A stretch of 64,000 nt of DNA from Rhizodiscina lignyota. Its lineage: Eukaryota. Positions 24,309 to 37,749 of the stretch are shown in pieces. The stretch spans positions 3,658,001-3,722,000 of the forward strand of contig ML978121.1 in the NCBI GenBank assembly GCA_010015805.1, read 5' to 3'. The notes under the pieces were generated by a model. The model saw only the letters and a list, made by a program, of their open reading frames with translations, was not told the origin of the DNA and did not search any database. How positions within the stretch are numbered: the stretch's first letter is position 1; the number at the start of each line of letters is the position of its first letter. The position numbers were made by a program, and so were the translations under genes.

Positions 24309-26904
24309 TCAAACCCACTCATCCTCATCACTATCAAGCATAACCGCACGCCTGCCTGTTCGCGTACGATTCGCCACCCCCGCCGTCCTCGCGCCTCTGT
24401 TTCCGCCCTCATGCATGTAGTACACTGGATTGTGCCTAAGCTGCGCGTCGACCCTCTTCGCGGAGCGGTTTCTGCCCGGCGGGCACGTAGCAGAGCTCCC
24501 CTTCAAGCCGCTGTCGGAGTCGTACTCGTCGTCCCACGTGTGCACGGTGCATGTTCCCCAGGAGGTGCCGTAGCCGTTCCACGAGGTTGCTGCATGCATC
24601 AATCAGCCTTTATCCAACTAGGAGATTGGAAAGTGAAGAAGAGGGATCATACCAGCAATCATACCCACATCCGGATGCCAACTCGCATCCCTCACCACCG
24701 TCCTCCAACCCCCCGTATTCCTTCCCCAATAGTAATCCGTCTCCGTCGTCTCGCTATCGCGCGGCCGCGTATCCTTCGTCTCATCAAGCACATTGATCTT
24801 GCTCTTCACCGTGCCGTCGAGATTCCAGATCCAGACATGTCCGTCTTGAGAACCACTGTACACGTACCTGCCATCAGAACTACCCGGAGGACTGAAATGG
24901 CAGCGGATGAGAGTTCGGAGAACGCGGTGACCCCGGAACGTAACGAGACTGCAGTCCTTCGGATGAGGTCGCCACCAGGAGAAGTCGTAGTCATCTTGGC
25001 GATAGTCGAAGTTCGAGTTGTAGCTCCGAGTGCGCTCTGCCTCCTCGGTTGAGATGATCTTCCGCAAATCCCACAGCTTGGTCGTTTGGTCCTTGCCGTT
25101 GCTGAGTACATATCGTCCATCGCCTTTGCTGTCGACATATGTCAGGCCTTCGGTGTGTCCGAGGAATACGCCTGCTGCTCTACCATCGCCCAGTGAGCGC
25201 CGGTCCCACACTTTAAGCGTGCTGTCATCGGAGCCAGAATACAGGATGTGCGGGCTATTCTCGTCGCCATAGCACACGGCGTTGACGTCGTCGTCATGTC
25301 CAGGAATGCGAAGGATACTCTGCCTCCTCTCCAAATCATAAACATAGACCGAATGGTCGCCTGTACCAGCAATAATCTCACGCCCATCGCCGCTGAAGCG
25401 CAAGCTCCAGATGCCGAAGTGGCCGTAGCCGCTCCAGCCACGAGTCCTTCGCGGTCCATTGGTGGCAGCGGTAGGGCCCATCTGCGCAAAGTCGAGCATC
25501 TGGAAGTCGGAGCCGGAGTCGGGGTCGGAGTTGGGGTCTGTGGAGGCGAGGGTGACGATGTTGCGGATGGACGAGCAGGCGAGGAAGCGGTTGTCAGGAG
25601 AGAGGGTGGCATCCGTGATAGTCCAGGAGCCCATTGGGACATCGACGGTCTGCGGACATATTAGCAAGCTGAATTACCGACAGAAAGGAGAGAGAGGGTA
25701 GGAGTCTCACCTTGTAGTACTTCCAATCATACGGATTCGCCGTATCGTACATCCGCACCTTAAAGTCCTGCGCGCAACTGAAGAAGAAATTGCCGTCCTT
25801 GCTGAACTGGCCCGAGTAGCATCTCGCGTTGTAGTTGATGATCATGTCCGCCTTGCTGCGCGGCACCAGGTCCTGCCTCAACAGCCTGCTCTCCGCCGCT
25901 TGCCTACCATAAGTGCCCAGGCCAAGCTCGCGCCGCAAAAGCCGCATCGCCGTCTTCTTCTTCCGCCGCACGCTGTCCTCGCCGCGCTCGTTCGTGCCGA
26001 ATGTTCCACTCTCCATGAGCTTGAGCCCCTCCTCGCTTGGCACCTTCTCGAACTCTGGAGGTCCGCGTCTCTTCGGTCGTCTTCTTGTTCGCAGGCCGAA
26101 GCGTCCCCACGACTGGTCCTCAGTACTTGTGTCTGATGCCTCCTCATCATCATCGCCATTCGCGCGAGCGAGGCCATAGCCGCCCAGGAGGTCGGAAGCG
26201 TAGTGCTGTGTGAACATCTGGCGCAGGCCATTGTGACCAAGGAGCTCGATGAGCTGTGCGCGGGTTACTTGGGGGGCGAACGTTAGCGCTGCCACACCTG
26301 CGTTTCGTATACTGCTATGCAGGTCGCCTCTTCGGCGCCGCTCTCCTTCGATAAAGCGGTGCCAAGGGGTGACATCATAGGCTAATTATATTGCGATCGT
26401 GAGAGTATAATGTGTGCTCCACTGCCACGACTGGGTACAGATATATGGGAAGGACTTGGACTTACTCCTCATCTGCGTGGGGCCTCTTCTCGGCTGCTCT
26501 TCCCGCTCTTCTGACGCCGACGCTGTCGATTCTGCCTGACTATTGTCCTCCGTAGTGACCTCCCCATCATCAGGAATCTCAAACTCGATCTCGACGCTGC
26601 TCAGGTTCTCTGCGGCGTCTGTCATGTCTACTATATCAGCTTTTATTCAACTTCGATCTCAATCTCCCCAGATATCGAGAGACAAAGACACGGAAGATAT
26701 CCCCTCACCTTCAAACTCCGCATCATCCATATCATCCAGCTCATCTCCCCCTTCGCCTAATGACTCCTCCGCGGGTTGATAATCCATGTCGTCATCCTCG
26801 TCTTCTTCATCAACACTATCAGGGTCGTAAACGAAAACGCGGTTCTCAATGGTCCTGACGGACGGATCGTACGACGATTCGCGCTCGGTGTCCTGATCGC
26901 TCAT
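24309..26904 (-). CDS. WD40 protein, DCAF11/WDR23 (LEC14B)-like CUL4-DDB1 substrate receptor
   Basis: Five exons (approx. 26904-26710, 26630-26466, 26276-25711, 25649-24652, 24600-24309). Motifs YSGQFSKDG, GHDDDVNAVC, SGSDDSTLKVWDRR, KDQTTKLWDLR, FRGHRVLRTLIRC. Confidence 0.88.
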
Positions 26905-28327
26905 GGTGTTGATGATGTGAGGTCAGGTAGGAAGAAAGTTGTGGATGTGGTGGGGAGGTGCGAATAAGGTAGAGGGAGCTTCTGTAATCGGAGGGCAGCT
27001 TATCGGCTAAGGCGTGCCCGAGGCTGGGTTTAGCGCCGTGTTAAATCCGGCGCAGCACCTCATTTGCTCTTGCCTTTTTGCGGCATACGGTACGCACTTT
27101 TTGCATAGAAGCATACTCAAATTCAATTGCTTGTCCTCAGGCAGTTAGGGAATCTTGGAAGAATTGATATATTCAGATTCAGTAGGCAGGTTACATGTAA
27201 TCACGGCAGAATCACATAATCGTCGCGACTCTGAGCTCCATTTGTGTCCGGATTGATTCGCAAGCAAGCAGTCAACAACTATGACGGAAACCTTTCGGAA
27301 TGGGGGAGTCAGGAAAGAGGGTTGAGAGGGTTTAAGTTTGGCAAATTCGTGGAATCGGTCTGGCGAGGGGGAGGGGGTTTATACTTTTCGAGAGGAGTGC
27401 TCTTTCCCGACTGAGGTAAATTGCGCTTTCTGTATACAGCAGTACCAAGAGCAGGTGATGCAGCTCTTAGCGAGCGTAATTAAATCACTGGCGACTTCCT
27501 TCGCTACATGTATCCATTCTCTGCATGAAGAAAGAATAACCTCAGTGCTCCCTCGCGCAAGTAGTAGGTAAGGTAGGATCACCGGGCCATGGGCGAAAGG
27601 GTTCACATACGCATCTCACGCGTCCACTTGACGATTGTAAAGTTCTGATTGAGCTGATCCAAGGCTTTCGCTATACACCGCGGGCGGAGCGAGAATGTCG
27701 TGCGCTTGTCTATCTTCAATTCCAGGTCCATTAGGTCGCCACCTATTGAAGAAAACTGTAGATCGCACATTCCCATCCGCCCCAAGAAAAAGGTTCCCCC
27801 GCCCGCCCCCATCATTCGGAAAAGAAATCTTCAGAAAGGGAAAAGAAAACACAAAATCAGATCGCTTTGGGTATACATGCTTGCTTTTGCTCCTAGCCAG
27901 CTACTAGCAGCTCTGCTCCAAGGGGCACCTCCGGCTCGTGTATTAAGCAAAGAAGGGGCAGGGGTGTAGCGAGGGAGGTGGGCGGCCGAAGAAAAAGAAA
28001 AGGAGAAGAAGCTTGTGCTCATGAAGTTTAGCTGGAAAGGGGGGCATATAAAGGGGAGGAGACAGTGGTTTGACAAAAGAAAGTCTGAAGCAGTTTGACA
28101 GAGGGAAGACTCAAAAAGACCACCAAAGATGATCCAGGAAAAACAAAACCAGCGTGATAGCTCTGTGCCAGCAGAAGATGCAAATTCGTCATCGCCGTAT
28201 CAACTCCGCCTTTCAGTTTCACCCCCAAGCATTCATGTTCCGCGCTGCGTAACGTCCGCATACTCAGCTGCGAGGAGAACAAAGCGCGCTTGTTGAACTG
28301 CGTGCGGTCTAGCCGTCCGTCGCTTTT

Positions 28328-30508
28328 TCACTGGTACTGTCCAGCACCCCGATAAACGCCTCCCTTTGCCATATCCGCAGCACTCATGCTCTGTGTCTTG
28401 CCATTTGGTGGTGCACCTTGTCCGGTCGAAACGGCCGTACCAGGCCCCGGCGCTCCATAAATCCCCGACGGCCGTCCATTGGGACTTCTCATGCCGCCGC
28501 CGCCAACAGCTCCTGCCGTGCCAACAGTCATTGGCCGTCCTGCAGTGCCAGTCCTCGCGCTTCCAGGGGCTCCGTTATGGCGCTTCAGCCTGCTCGTTCG
28601 CCAGCCCTCGTACCAACGCTCGCGGCTCGCTTCTCGCAGCTCTGCGCGCCACTCGCTGAACACAGAGTCCTTGAGGCGCACAAAGTCGCAGTGCTCGGCA
28701 TTGTACGGGTCCGCAAAGCCCCATGGAAAGCGGCGGCCCGGTGGGGAGTCGTCACTAGACATTTCGAGGTCGTACATGTCGGGCGAGATGATCGACATGG
28801 GAAGGTATGGAAGCTCGCTATCGCCGAGGTTGTTCGACACTGCGGAAGCGGAGCGGCGGTGCTGGCCGCGAGTCTCGGGGCTTGTTGCGGGACTTGACTG
28901 TGTGGCCTTGCGGGCCGGAGAAGATGAAGCCGCAACGTCCTTGGTCTCATCGTAGTCCGAGTCGGAGCGGTCGACGAGGTTATCGATCACGTCGGCTGTG
29001 GCTGATGTGTCTCTGTTCTTGTTGTGTGTGATCTCGTTCACCCCCTCTTCCTCATCGCCCGAGTTGTTGTAACGATCCTCGTCTCGCTCATCGAATTCCT
29101 CACCCTCGCCTTCTTCCTCGCTGTCTTCTTCAGACAGATTCAGCACCTCGAGTGGATCCATCTTGGCTTGCTTTAGGGAGGCCCAGACTGTGCGCTTCAA
29201 GTGCGTCATGTGTGCTGTTGTGATGGTATCAGCTTTGCTGATAACTGGAATGACCGTTGTTTTGCCCTGCAACGAGCGTAAGATTTGCAAGTCTAAATCT
29301 TCATCCAAGCCTCCAACAAGACGTAGTGTTCCACTGGTGCTGTATTTGTTGGGGCCTTGTTGACGACTAGTGTTGATGTTGGCGTCCAGCCTGACCGGAT
29401 CGAGAATGAGAAATACGATGTGGATGTGCGTGTCACGAACTCCTGGTGCGCGAATCACCTTCTGCTCCTCAGTAAAGGTCTCCTCGAACTTGGACTCCAG
29501 GAAGGAGCTCATTTCACGAAGCTGCAAGTCCACAATGTTCTTCTCCAGGCCCTGAGAGTCCCATAATGTGACGCCAATGCGCTCAGTGTCCACTTCTGTC
29601 TCAAGATACTGGCTTGTGAACGCAGAGTCTGGCTGGAGCACAGTTCCTGTGCGCGGCGGTGAAGGTGACTGCTTGTCTTGTCGGGACTTTTTGGAAGGGC
29701 CGCTTGTGAGTGAAGTGCGGAGGAAGTTGATGAACGACGTTTTGCCGGAATTTTTCGCGCCAATCACGAGGATACTATGTAATTAATAACGTCAGAGGAT
29801 GGTGTCTGTGTTTTGCGGTGAAAGTTGACAATGTTCATAAACGTACTTGAATGGCGTTGGGTCTCGTCTCCTCCTGACCCTCCTGGGACTGTTGATCGTA
29901 CCCATGCTGACGGCGCTGCTCGCGTAACTGTACCGTCCTCGGTGCGTCATGCTCTCTGTCCGTGGATACGGGTCATAGTCTCCATTCCTCGAGCCCGGGC
30001 TGCTGCCGTGTGGGATGGGCGGGATGGGCACGTGGCTGGACATCGCGTGGTATTCTCCGCCTCCTTGCGTCTGCTGTTGCGGATATCCACCCGGCTGACT
30101 GTAACCTCCCGCTCTGTTCGTCGCGATGGCAACGCTGTCTGGTCTCATGTCCTGAGCGCCTTGTGCTCCAAACGCGTTGATGGTCGGGAGAGGAGAGTGG
30201 GAAGGGAGGCGCGGTGGAGATCTGGCGAGCGCGGCAGCCTCGCGCTGTTGACGCGCGAGCTCCTCCTGCGCGACGGCGCGCTGCTTCTTGCTCATCTTGC
30301 CGGCACCAGAGGGAGTTCTCGTGGCGGAGGGACGCGATTCGGCCGACTTTTGGCGGCGGAGGAAGTTGAAGCTGGTGCGCCTCGGCCCCTGTTGCTGTGA
30401 TGCGGCCTCGGAAGAGCCGCTGGTCCTGCTTGCTGCCAACACCTGCTCGGAGTGGTGGACGGTGGGGGACAGGCTCTCTGGTCGTGAGTTGGAGATGGTC
30501 GAGGCCAT
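28328..30508 (-). CDS. aspE: Atypical group-5 (AspE-like) septin GTPase
   Basis: PFNILVIGAKNSGKTSF (P-loop), TLWDSQG, PVISKAD, GRRFPWG, HCDFVRL; no C-terminal coiled coil; intron 29775-29846. Confidence 0.82.
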
Positions 30509-32710
30509 TGTAGAGAAGGAGGAGAGATTGGCAGCGGCGGAGGGATGATGTTCGGTGGTCGGGCTTGGTGTTAGTGCAGGGGGCCACCTCGTGTACTGTA
30601 CGCTATATGCAGGCGGTGGGAAGCCACCGGCGGGAGCTGGCCTGGGGAAGATTAGCTCAGCCAACGCTGCAGCAACTCTCCCATGGCAGGAAAGCAGACG
30701 AAGGGATTGCTTGAACGCGGCCCGCAGCTCTGCGTTGAGGAGGGAGAGTTGCGAGACGCTGGCGGGAAAGGAGGCGCGCGTTCTGCTGTGACACGCGAGA
30801 GAGCTGCGCTGCTGTCTGCACCTGTCGGGGGCGTGCAGCGGTGCGCGCAATTGGCCAATCTCACTAACCACTCTAACCACCCAATTTCGCCGTTGTGCCT
30901 GTCCTGTGCCTGAAGAGCGCTAGCGTGGTCGGAGCGCTATCAGACGCCACACGTTGAAGGTGAATGCCACGCTCCGCAGTCTGTGCCGAGTTGAGACACT
31001 TGCACCTGCGCAGCGCGACCATTGTCCTTATATTCCGAGGGGCCACGGCGGCGTTTCAGGACTCGACGACTTCGATGTCCGCCGATGGGTCATCCATGCC
31101 ATGCCCACCTCAGCCAATGCCATGTGGCCAGTGTGGGGGTGCGAGTGCGCTGCGCTGCTGCAGGGACACTCGCTAGCAGAGCCTTGAAATAATCACCGGC
31201 CTTGTCGACGTCTTGGCTGGAGACAGGGCGCGGCGAATACACTATTGATCGTCCATCTTCGCCCTAGTTGGGCCACTTCTATATATTGACGCGCATTTCT
31301 GCACCCAGCGACGACGAGCCCACGAGCACTGCGCTGTGCACCACTTGCGGAATTTTCCCGGCAAATAAGCAGCAATTGGATGCAGCTTGCCGCCCTAGAA
31401 TCCTTTCACGCTGCGCGCATGGGCGTGAAACGAAAGCATGGAAGGCCCCATGCTACGCTTCGGCCTACAGAAGATCTGCGGGCGCTTCTTCCAGAAAACT
31501 AGATAGAAGCGAACGGGTGCTTGATGACTCGGGATATTCCTAAATTTTACTTCTATAGGCGTCCGCCGTACTTCGGTATGTATATCGAGGCTGACTGGGC
31601 GAGATTACTACTTCAAGTCCGAACATTCTCGTAACTGTTCATCGACCTTCTCATTTGATTTCTCGCGCTCACAACGTACTGAAACGTGCTTACTATCGGC
31701 GCAGAGAGGATATGATCAATGGCCAGCGAATGTATCCCGAAGCATCATGTGACGTCTACAATAATGTATCCTCGACCAAGTTCGCCATAAAGTTGTGTGC
31801 TATCCGAGTGAGTATCGGCTTTGCCTGCTGCAAACTGCGTCAAAAGCATGAATGTGCATCTTCCCAATACCCACGCGTCCGATAATCCCCCCTTCGACTG
31901 GATCATCAATACATTAAAGAGGCTCCAACAGATGCTCTGGTCGAATTTCGTTGAGTCGAACCACCAGCGACGCTGCTAACTCCTCGAACGATCCACCTCG
32001 GTGTGATGCATTATGAAGGCACTCTCTACCATGAGAGTAGACTCAGTCACGTTACATAAGGTTACACTGCCACTTGCTTCAAGTTGACGACATCTCATCT
32101 CCAGTTTACCTTTACTCAAAAACTCTGTAGGCATGGGGCGGCCTCACATAATTAGCCCAACTTATTCCAGGCAACATTGCCATCTTGACGCGATCTCTAG
32201 GCTTGCACCTGCATTATGAGGCATGGACGAGCTCAGCAAACAGCCTCACGGCGCAGCAGATACCACAACAGTGCGGAGAAATATTCGCTTGTCAGAGTTA
32301 GCAATAGATGAGCGCGATTGATTCATTCAACACGCTTTGAATAGTGAGCCTCTTCCTTTCGTCCTCTCCACTCGTGGCTTTGACATTCTACTCTGTTGGT
32401 TCACCTTTTGGAATAGATCCAATTTCTCATCCAGCCTCTGGATGAGGGTAGCCGCTCCACGTGCGGACAACATATCAGAGTGAAATCCGGTGGCTTACTT
32501 CGTACTGACGGAAATCCCATATACGATAAAACCCCGCTTGTTGCGTACAGAATGAGATCTAATGAGGTGCTAACGGAATCCCATAGAGCTCCGCACGTTT
32601 GGTCACGGAGAAATCTTGATGGAACGAGGGCGATATTTAAGAATTCCCAATGTCCCTCCGTCAGCTGCTTGAGGACGCTTGTACCTGAATTCACCACAAG
32701 GTATCCCATC

Positions 32711-33170
32711 ATGCTCTATCCCGGCGCGAGATTTGCTGGCCTCTTTTTACTTGCTGCCGCATCTTTGGTAAACTCTATTCGTACATCATGCCCTAACGAA
32801 AGGTCTTTGACGAGTTCATCGAAACGCTCTACCTAAAAAAAGACGTCGACACCGCTTTCAGCAAATACGTCTCGCCCTCATTCGTCACACACGACCCGAA
32901 CATTCCAGCCGGCGTAACTGAGGAGGCTGCTCTAAAGGCAGTACTGCCAATCATCGAGATCCACCTGCTCAAAACCGTCTTCCAAAATGTCACTACGGCC
33001 TCGTCTTCGTAACTATGGATGGCCTCCCAGCCGCTAACGACACGAGCGAAGTCATGGATCTGTGGCGCGTTGAAGACGGTCGGATACAGGAATTGTGGGG
33101 AGTTTCGCAGCAGCTGCCTGCCAATTTCACCATTTGAAAGCCAAAGGGAATGTTCCTGGGATGTTGCTAG
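32711..33170 (+). pseudogene. Degenerate secreted SnoaL/NTF2-like protein
   Basis: Signal peptide MLYPGARFAGLFLLAAASL..SCP; frameshift to VFDEFIETLYLKKDVDTAFSKYVSPSFVTHDP; second frameshift near 32990 to HYGLVFV..VMDLWRVEDGRIQELWGVSQQLPAN; TGA at 33135. Confidence 0.65.
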
Positions 33171-33663
33171 TTCCTTGGGCCGACGGTGCTTGCACGGAAG
33201 GGGATCAAAGAGTTCGGTTACTCCCCCAGAAGTGTATTACTAGATGCCCTTTCAAGCATGTGGGAGAGGGGGTTCAATCTCATTCTACGCTATAGTGACG
33301 CTCTTCGTCCGCACACTCTTATATATGATGCTCAATAGCAGCAATGAGTAGCGTATACGATTTGGGTAGGCGCCTGAATCCATTGGACCTGCCGTCCCCA
33401 GCCAGGGAGATTTACAAAGAAGGTGAACACTGTAACATAGAAGAGCACAACCGATATTAAAACTCCAACACTAATTCACCTTTGCAAAGTTTTGCCTTCA
33501 TAAGGATCAACTTTCACACTTCTTTCAACTTTCACTCAAAGTTCTACTGCTCCTTGAGTTTAATCACATAATCACAGACACTTCACCAACCCCCAAGACT
33601 CGAGGCGCATTTACGATCATAAAAGTTATTAACAACAGTCAAAAGTGTCTCGGGTGTGTAGCC

Positions 33664-34379
33664 ATGTGTCAGGTCTGTACATTGAAGACGATCGCCAAAC
33701 GAGATCGCTGGGTAAGTTCCCTTGCTTCAACATTCTCCATACTCTCCAAGCTACCCCTTCTTCTCGTTAATATGGTCTGACAATGAAACTAACACATGTT
33801 TAGCCCAAGCCTCTTGAGCCGCATCTCGAGGACGTCGAGGCTCTCGTCAACACGGCGCATTCCGAATTCACGCAACTCAAAAATGCGGAGACGAACGAGA
33901 GAAGGCCTGGTTCTAAGAATACGAACAGCAGAGCGGAAGCAGTCGTAAACAGCGGCTAAGAGACTGGCAAGAAGCCGAATCAAGCGTTCGGGGCCAAGTC
34001 GTATCAAGAGTCGGCCGGAATCGACGGCGTCGATGCGAACCTCGACAGGCTCGTAATAAGTGACGCATCTACTGCGCAAATCCGAAATTCCCTTATCGAC
34101 ACAACGCGCGGTCTGCTGTATGTTGTCTCGGTCCTCGAGCAAGAACGCGTCAGTTGGTGGAATTCTCCCGCCAAACAGAACCAGCGTAGGAGCTTGATGG
34201 ATACGTTCAACGCTGAGAAACAAAAGCAACTGCAAGTCGTGAACCAAAAGACCGCGAACATGGTTATCGATATGAGGGCGAAGATTGGTGTATTTGCAAA
34301 GTATGTGCTGATTGTCGAGCTTCACGAGTTGGAGGGCGAAGAGAGGAAGAAGCAGCAGACGAGTGAGAAGACGGTGTGA
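33664..34379 (+). pseudogene. Hypothetical fungal gene (MCQVCTL..RWPKPLE..WW) with one in-frame TAA
   Basis: Exon 1 33664-33711; canonical intron 33712-33803 (GTAAGT..CTAAC..TAG); exon 2 open to TGA 34379 except for TAA at 33957-33959. Confidence 0.65.
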
Positions 34380-35058
34380 TTCCGACTTTGACAGTGAGAG
34401 CATTCCGAGAGCCCGGAATGGCAGGAGGACATCTTCCGGAGGCGGAGAATGGTCTTTACATCTTTCAGTTCCTTTTTTGATACTCAATGTCGCACAGCTG
34501 TTGTTCCGATACCCGGCTCCATAGCACAGCTAAGTAGAAGCTGATTTTTCGCTCAGTCCTTGGCTGGCTGGGTTCAACTGCAGCAGCTTGCAAATAGGCG
34601 TTGAATTCACTGATTTATGTCGAATGTGCTCTGAGGAGCTTCCTTATTCAGCATGGATGATCATGTTGCAGTTCTAGGTATATCTTCGCAACATCCATCG
34701 CAAAGTATCGGAATCTAACCTGACTAGGAAGTAGGCCGTTCAGGGGATCCAAGCATGCTCTGGGAGTGCTTTCAAATCCAAACCACAGAGGCATAGTTGG
34801 TATTTTGCTGATTGAGCTCTACATCGTTCTTTCGGTCGCCTGAGTGGCTGCGTTTAAGAATGTGGAATCGCCCAAGCGATAGCGGACACGACTTCATCGC
34901 TAATTTCACCATATGAAGGAGTTAGTTTCTCGTGAGCGTGTGAGGCCAGCTTCATAGCATACCCAGCAACATGCGGAAGCTTCTTAGAAGTGCTGAAAGG
35001 AGACTTCATAGAGTGGCTCTGCGGACTGTTCGCTCACCGGAAACTAGCTCGTAGCACC

Positions 35059-37121
35059 TCAAAACTCAAACAACCCACCCTGATCAATATTGCTCCACAC
35101 CCCCACACTCTGTGCAGATGTCTCAACGCCGTCTGCCGCCGTCAGCATATCCGGTGACAAGTCCGAAAAGCTAGCATCGAACGACACACCGTTCAGCACG
35201 TCCTGAGTCCACATGTGCTGCCACAGGGTGCTCAGGTACACGCGCATGTGCCGCTTCTTCGTCGCGCTGCTCTCCAGTGGCGAGATCATCGTATTGCGCA
35301 TCTTGTCGTAGAGCCGCTGGCATACGCGATGAGGGTCGAGGTACCCACTACCGTCACGGGTGACGGATTGGTCGGCCCCGCTCTCTGTGGGCGATTTGCT
35401 GTGCGCAGGGTTAGGCGACGTAGAGGTGGAGGTGTCGCCATCGTTATCGTTGTCGGCCAGCGCTTGTGAGAGCTGAGAATTGGTACCGTAGGCGAATTGG
35501 TAGAGCTTGAAGAGCATCTCGAGAGATTCGGTCCAGGCGTGTGCGCACTTCCAGCTGTGGCGCCAGGATTTGATGATGTTGAGAGAGAGACGGGCGGATT
35601 CGATGCTGTAGTTCGCCATCGGGTCGTTCGGATCTGGATTCGTGTATTGTTTCCATAGATGCACGCTTGCAGCGGTCATGAGAGCGCTGCCGGTGTATGC
35701 GGACCGCAGCATCGCGCGGTCGCACTCAGATCCTGATTCTAGGTATGCGGCAATGCTGCTGATGGCTTCAGCGTTATGGAGACATACGGATATAATGTGC
35801 TCGTCGCGGTGGTCTAGAGACAGGCCTGCGTAGTCGTACTGAGTGTCGCTGGTCCCCAGATCGCCCATTAAGGCGGGAGCGTCGAGTTGTGGCAGGTATT
35901 CTTGGTGAGCGACACATAGTGTGTGGTGGATGACCATGTGCATCGTGACGAAGAGCTTGCCCTGACCCAGACTCTGATGCCGTCTGTAATTCTGATGCGA
36001 CCACTGCATTCGCTCTGGAAGTGCCCTTTGCCACTTCTGCATTTGAGTTGACCGCTGAAAGAACCAGCCTTCCGGATCTGTTGGGGCATGTTTTGCTCGT
36101 CTGCGGCCTCCGTTGACAAATAATTCGGTCATGCTGCCCCAGATTTTGACACTCTGAGCGAAGCATGCGAGGAGCTCCAGCTGCGTTGGTTCTGACACGT
36201 CGATGTCGTGAGTCGTAGGGCCTCGGAAGTCTTCCTCGAAAATAAAAGCATTCTCGGGACAAGGCAACTGGATGTTGACAGAGACTATTCTCATCGTCAT
36301 CGGTCGAGCGGTACAGAAAGATACGAGTCTGTCCATCAAGAGACATGCCCAGTGAGTTCGCCGTCGGATCTCTTTCTCTCTTGGTAAATGACGCTGGTTG
36401 TATTCTTTACCCAGTCGCATTGCCTGGGACATGCGGATGCCGATTCCAGCATACATCCATGCCCTTGGTCCGGTGGAGGCCAGTAACTCCCGCAAAGCAA
36501 GGATGAGGTTAGCCTGGACATTGTCCACGGTTGGAATGTCAAAGGCCGCTTGTGAGTAACATCTTGCTTTTTGGAAATAGTGATCGGACAACTGCAGGCC
36601 GGCATCGAAGCCGTATTTCGAGGATGCCTCAGCATCTGACATGGAAAGAGCGCTCAAGGAGATGATTGCATGAAGTAAAAATGGGGGTATCTTGTACGTC
36701 TGTGCCTCGAATGAAGGCCTGTGGATGAAAGAACAAAACTCGACGTCATGATGCGCACGAAAGAAAATATCACACATATGGCGAATCAGTTCCGCTGATG
36801 GCTCGTCCACCTTCACCGGGAACGTTCCCTGGCTGGGAGCTGCACCTGGTGATGAAGTTGGAGTGGGTTTTTCGTCGAGGAGGGCAAAGTACCCCCCAGC
36901 AATTGGCGTTATTGGCCATTTGCACTGCTCTCTTCGCCTCGCACATGTTCTGCAGGTCGGACGCTCTCCTGGACATTTCGTCTTTCGTCGCCGACTGGCC
37001 AATGTTAGTGGCTATCTCGAAAACACCAAAAATGTCGGTGGCTGGCAGGGGGTCTTTACCAATTTTGACATGCCTGCAATGTCCTCGCACCACCTTTCTC
37101 GAGCTTGATTATTGAGTTCAT
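35059..37121 (-). CDS. Zn(II)2Cys6 transcription factor with fungal-specific TF domain
   Basis: After removing intron 36995-37059: ACQNCRRRKTKCPGERPTCRTCARRREQC; middle homology region AWMYAGIGIRMSQAMRL..EIRRRTHWACLLMDR. Confidence 0.93.
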
Positions 37122-37749
37122 TTCCCGACAATAGGTAATGCGCATTCACCTCCCGTCCTCCATCTGCTCTCGTGGCTTCGGCTGGGCCGATATAAATCTC
37201 GGCCTGGCGACGGCAGCTAACGACAGGGGGCAATCTCACAGTCAGCTTTCCAAGAGCTGCTAAAACCGCGTTTGGTCTTGGGTCTTTCTTGGCCGTTCCT
37301 ATTTCCTGTATAAATTAGTCTGTGCTGCTTGCTCGGGCAACCACCTTCTTCCCGGTCATCGGCTTCGCTGAACACCGCTCTCCGCCGTGCGCTGGCCCCG
37401 ATCATCACCCTGCAACATAGAGGATCGCAGGAAGTCTCCATTTTCTTTATCCCGACACTCTCGGTTCGGCCTCCGGAAGCGGCAGGTGCGGCTGCATCGC
37501 GGCCGCCAACGAAGGGTGCTAATAGGAGCTGTACGTAAGCATTCTTGGGCGTTCCAGCCAATGGTTGGCCTGTCGCATGTCCCTGGCTTGATACAGGCCG
37601 TCTACCCGCGGCAATGCCAAATCGCCGATATTCGCGAGAGGCTCGAAATCTTACAATGATATGAATATCAAATTCATCAGTTTGTTTTTCGTCGAGGATC
37701 TGATATACCCTGGACTTTACTCTCTTCGTTTTAACACTCTGTTTTTAGC

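Noticed and set aside
33789..34487. 232-aa minus-strand ORF
   Set aside because: Non-ATG start and antisense to the spliced plus-strand gene at 33664-34379.
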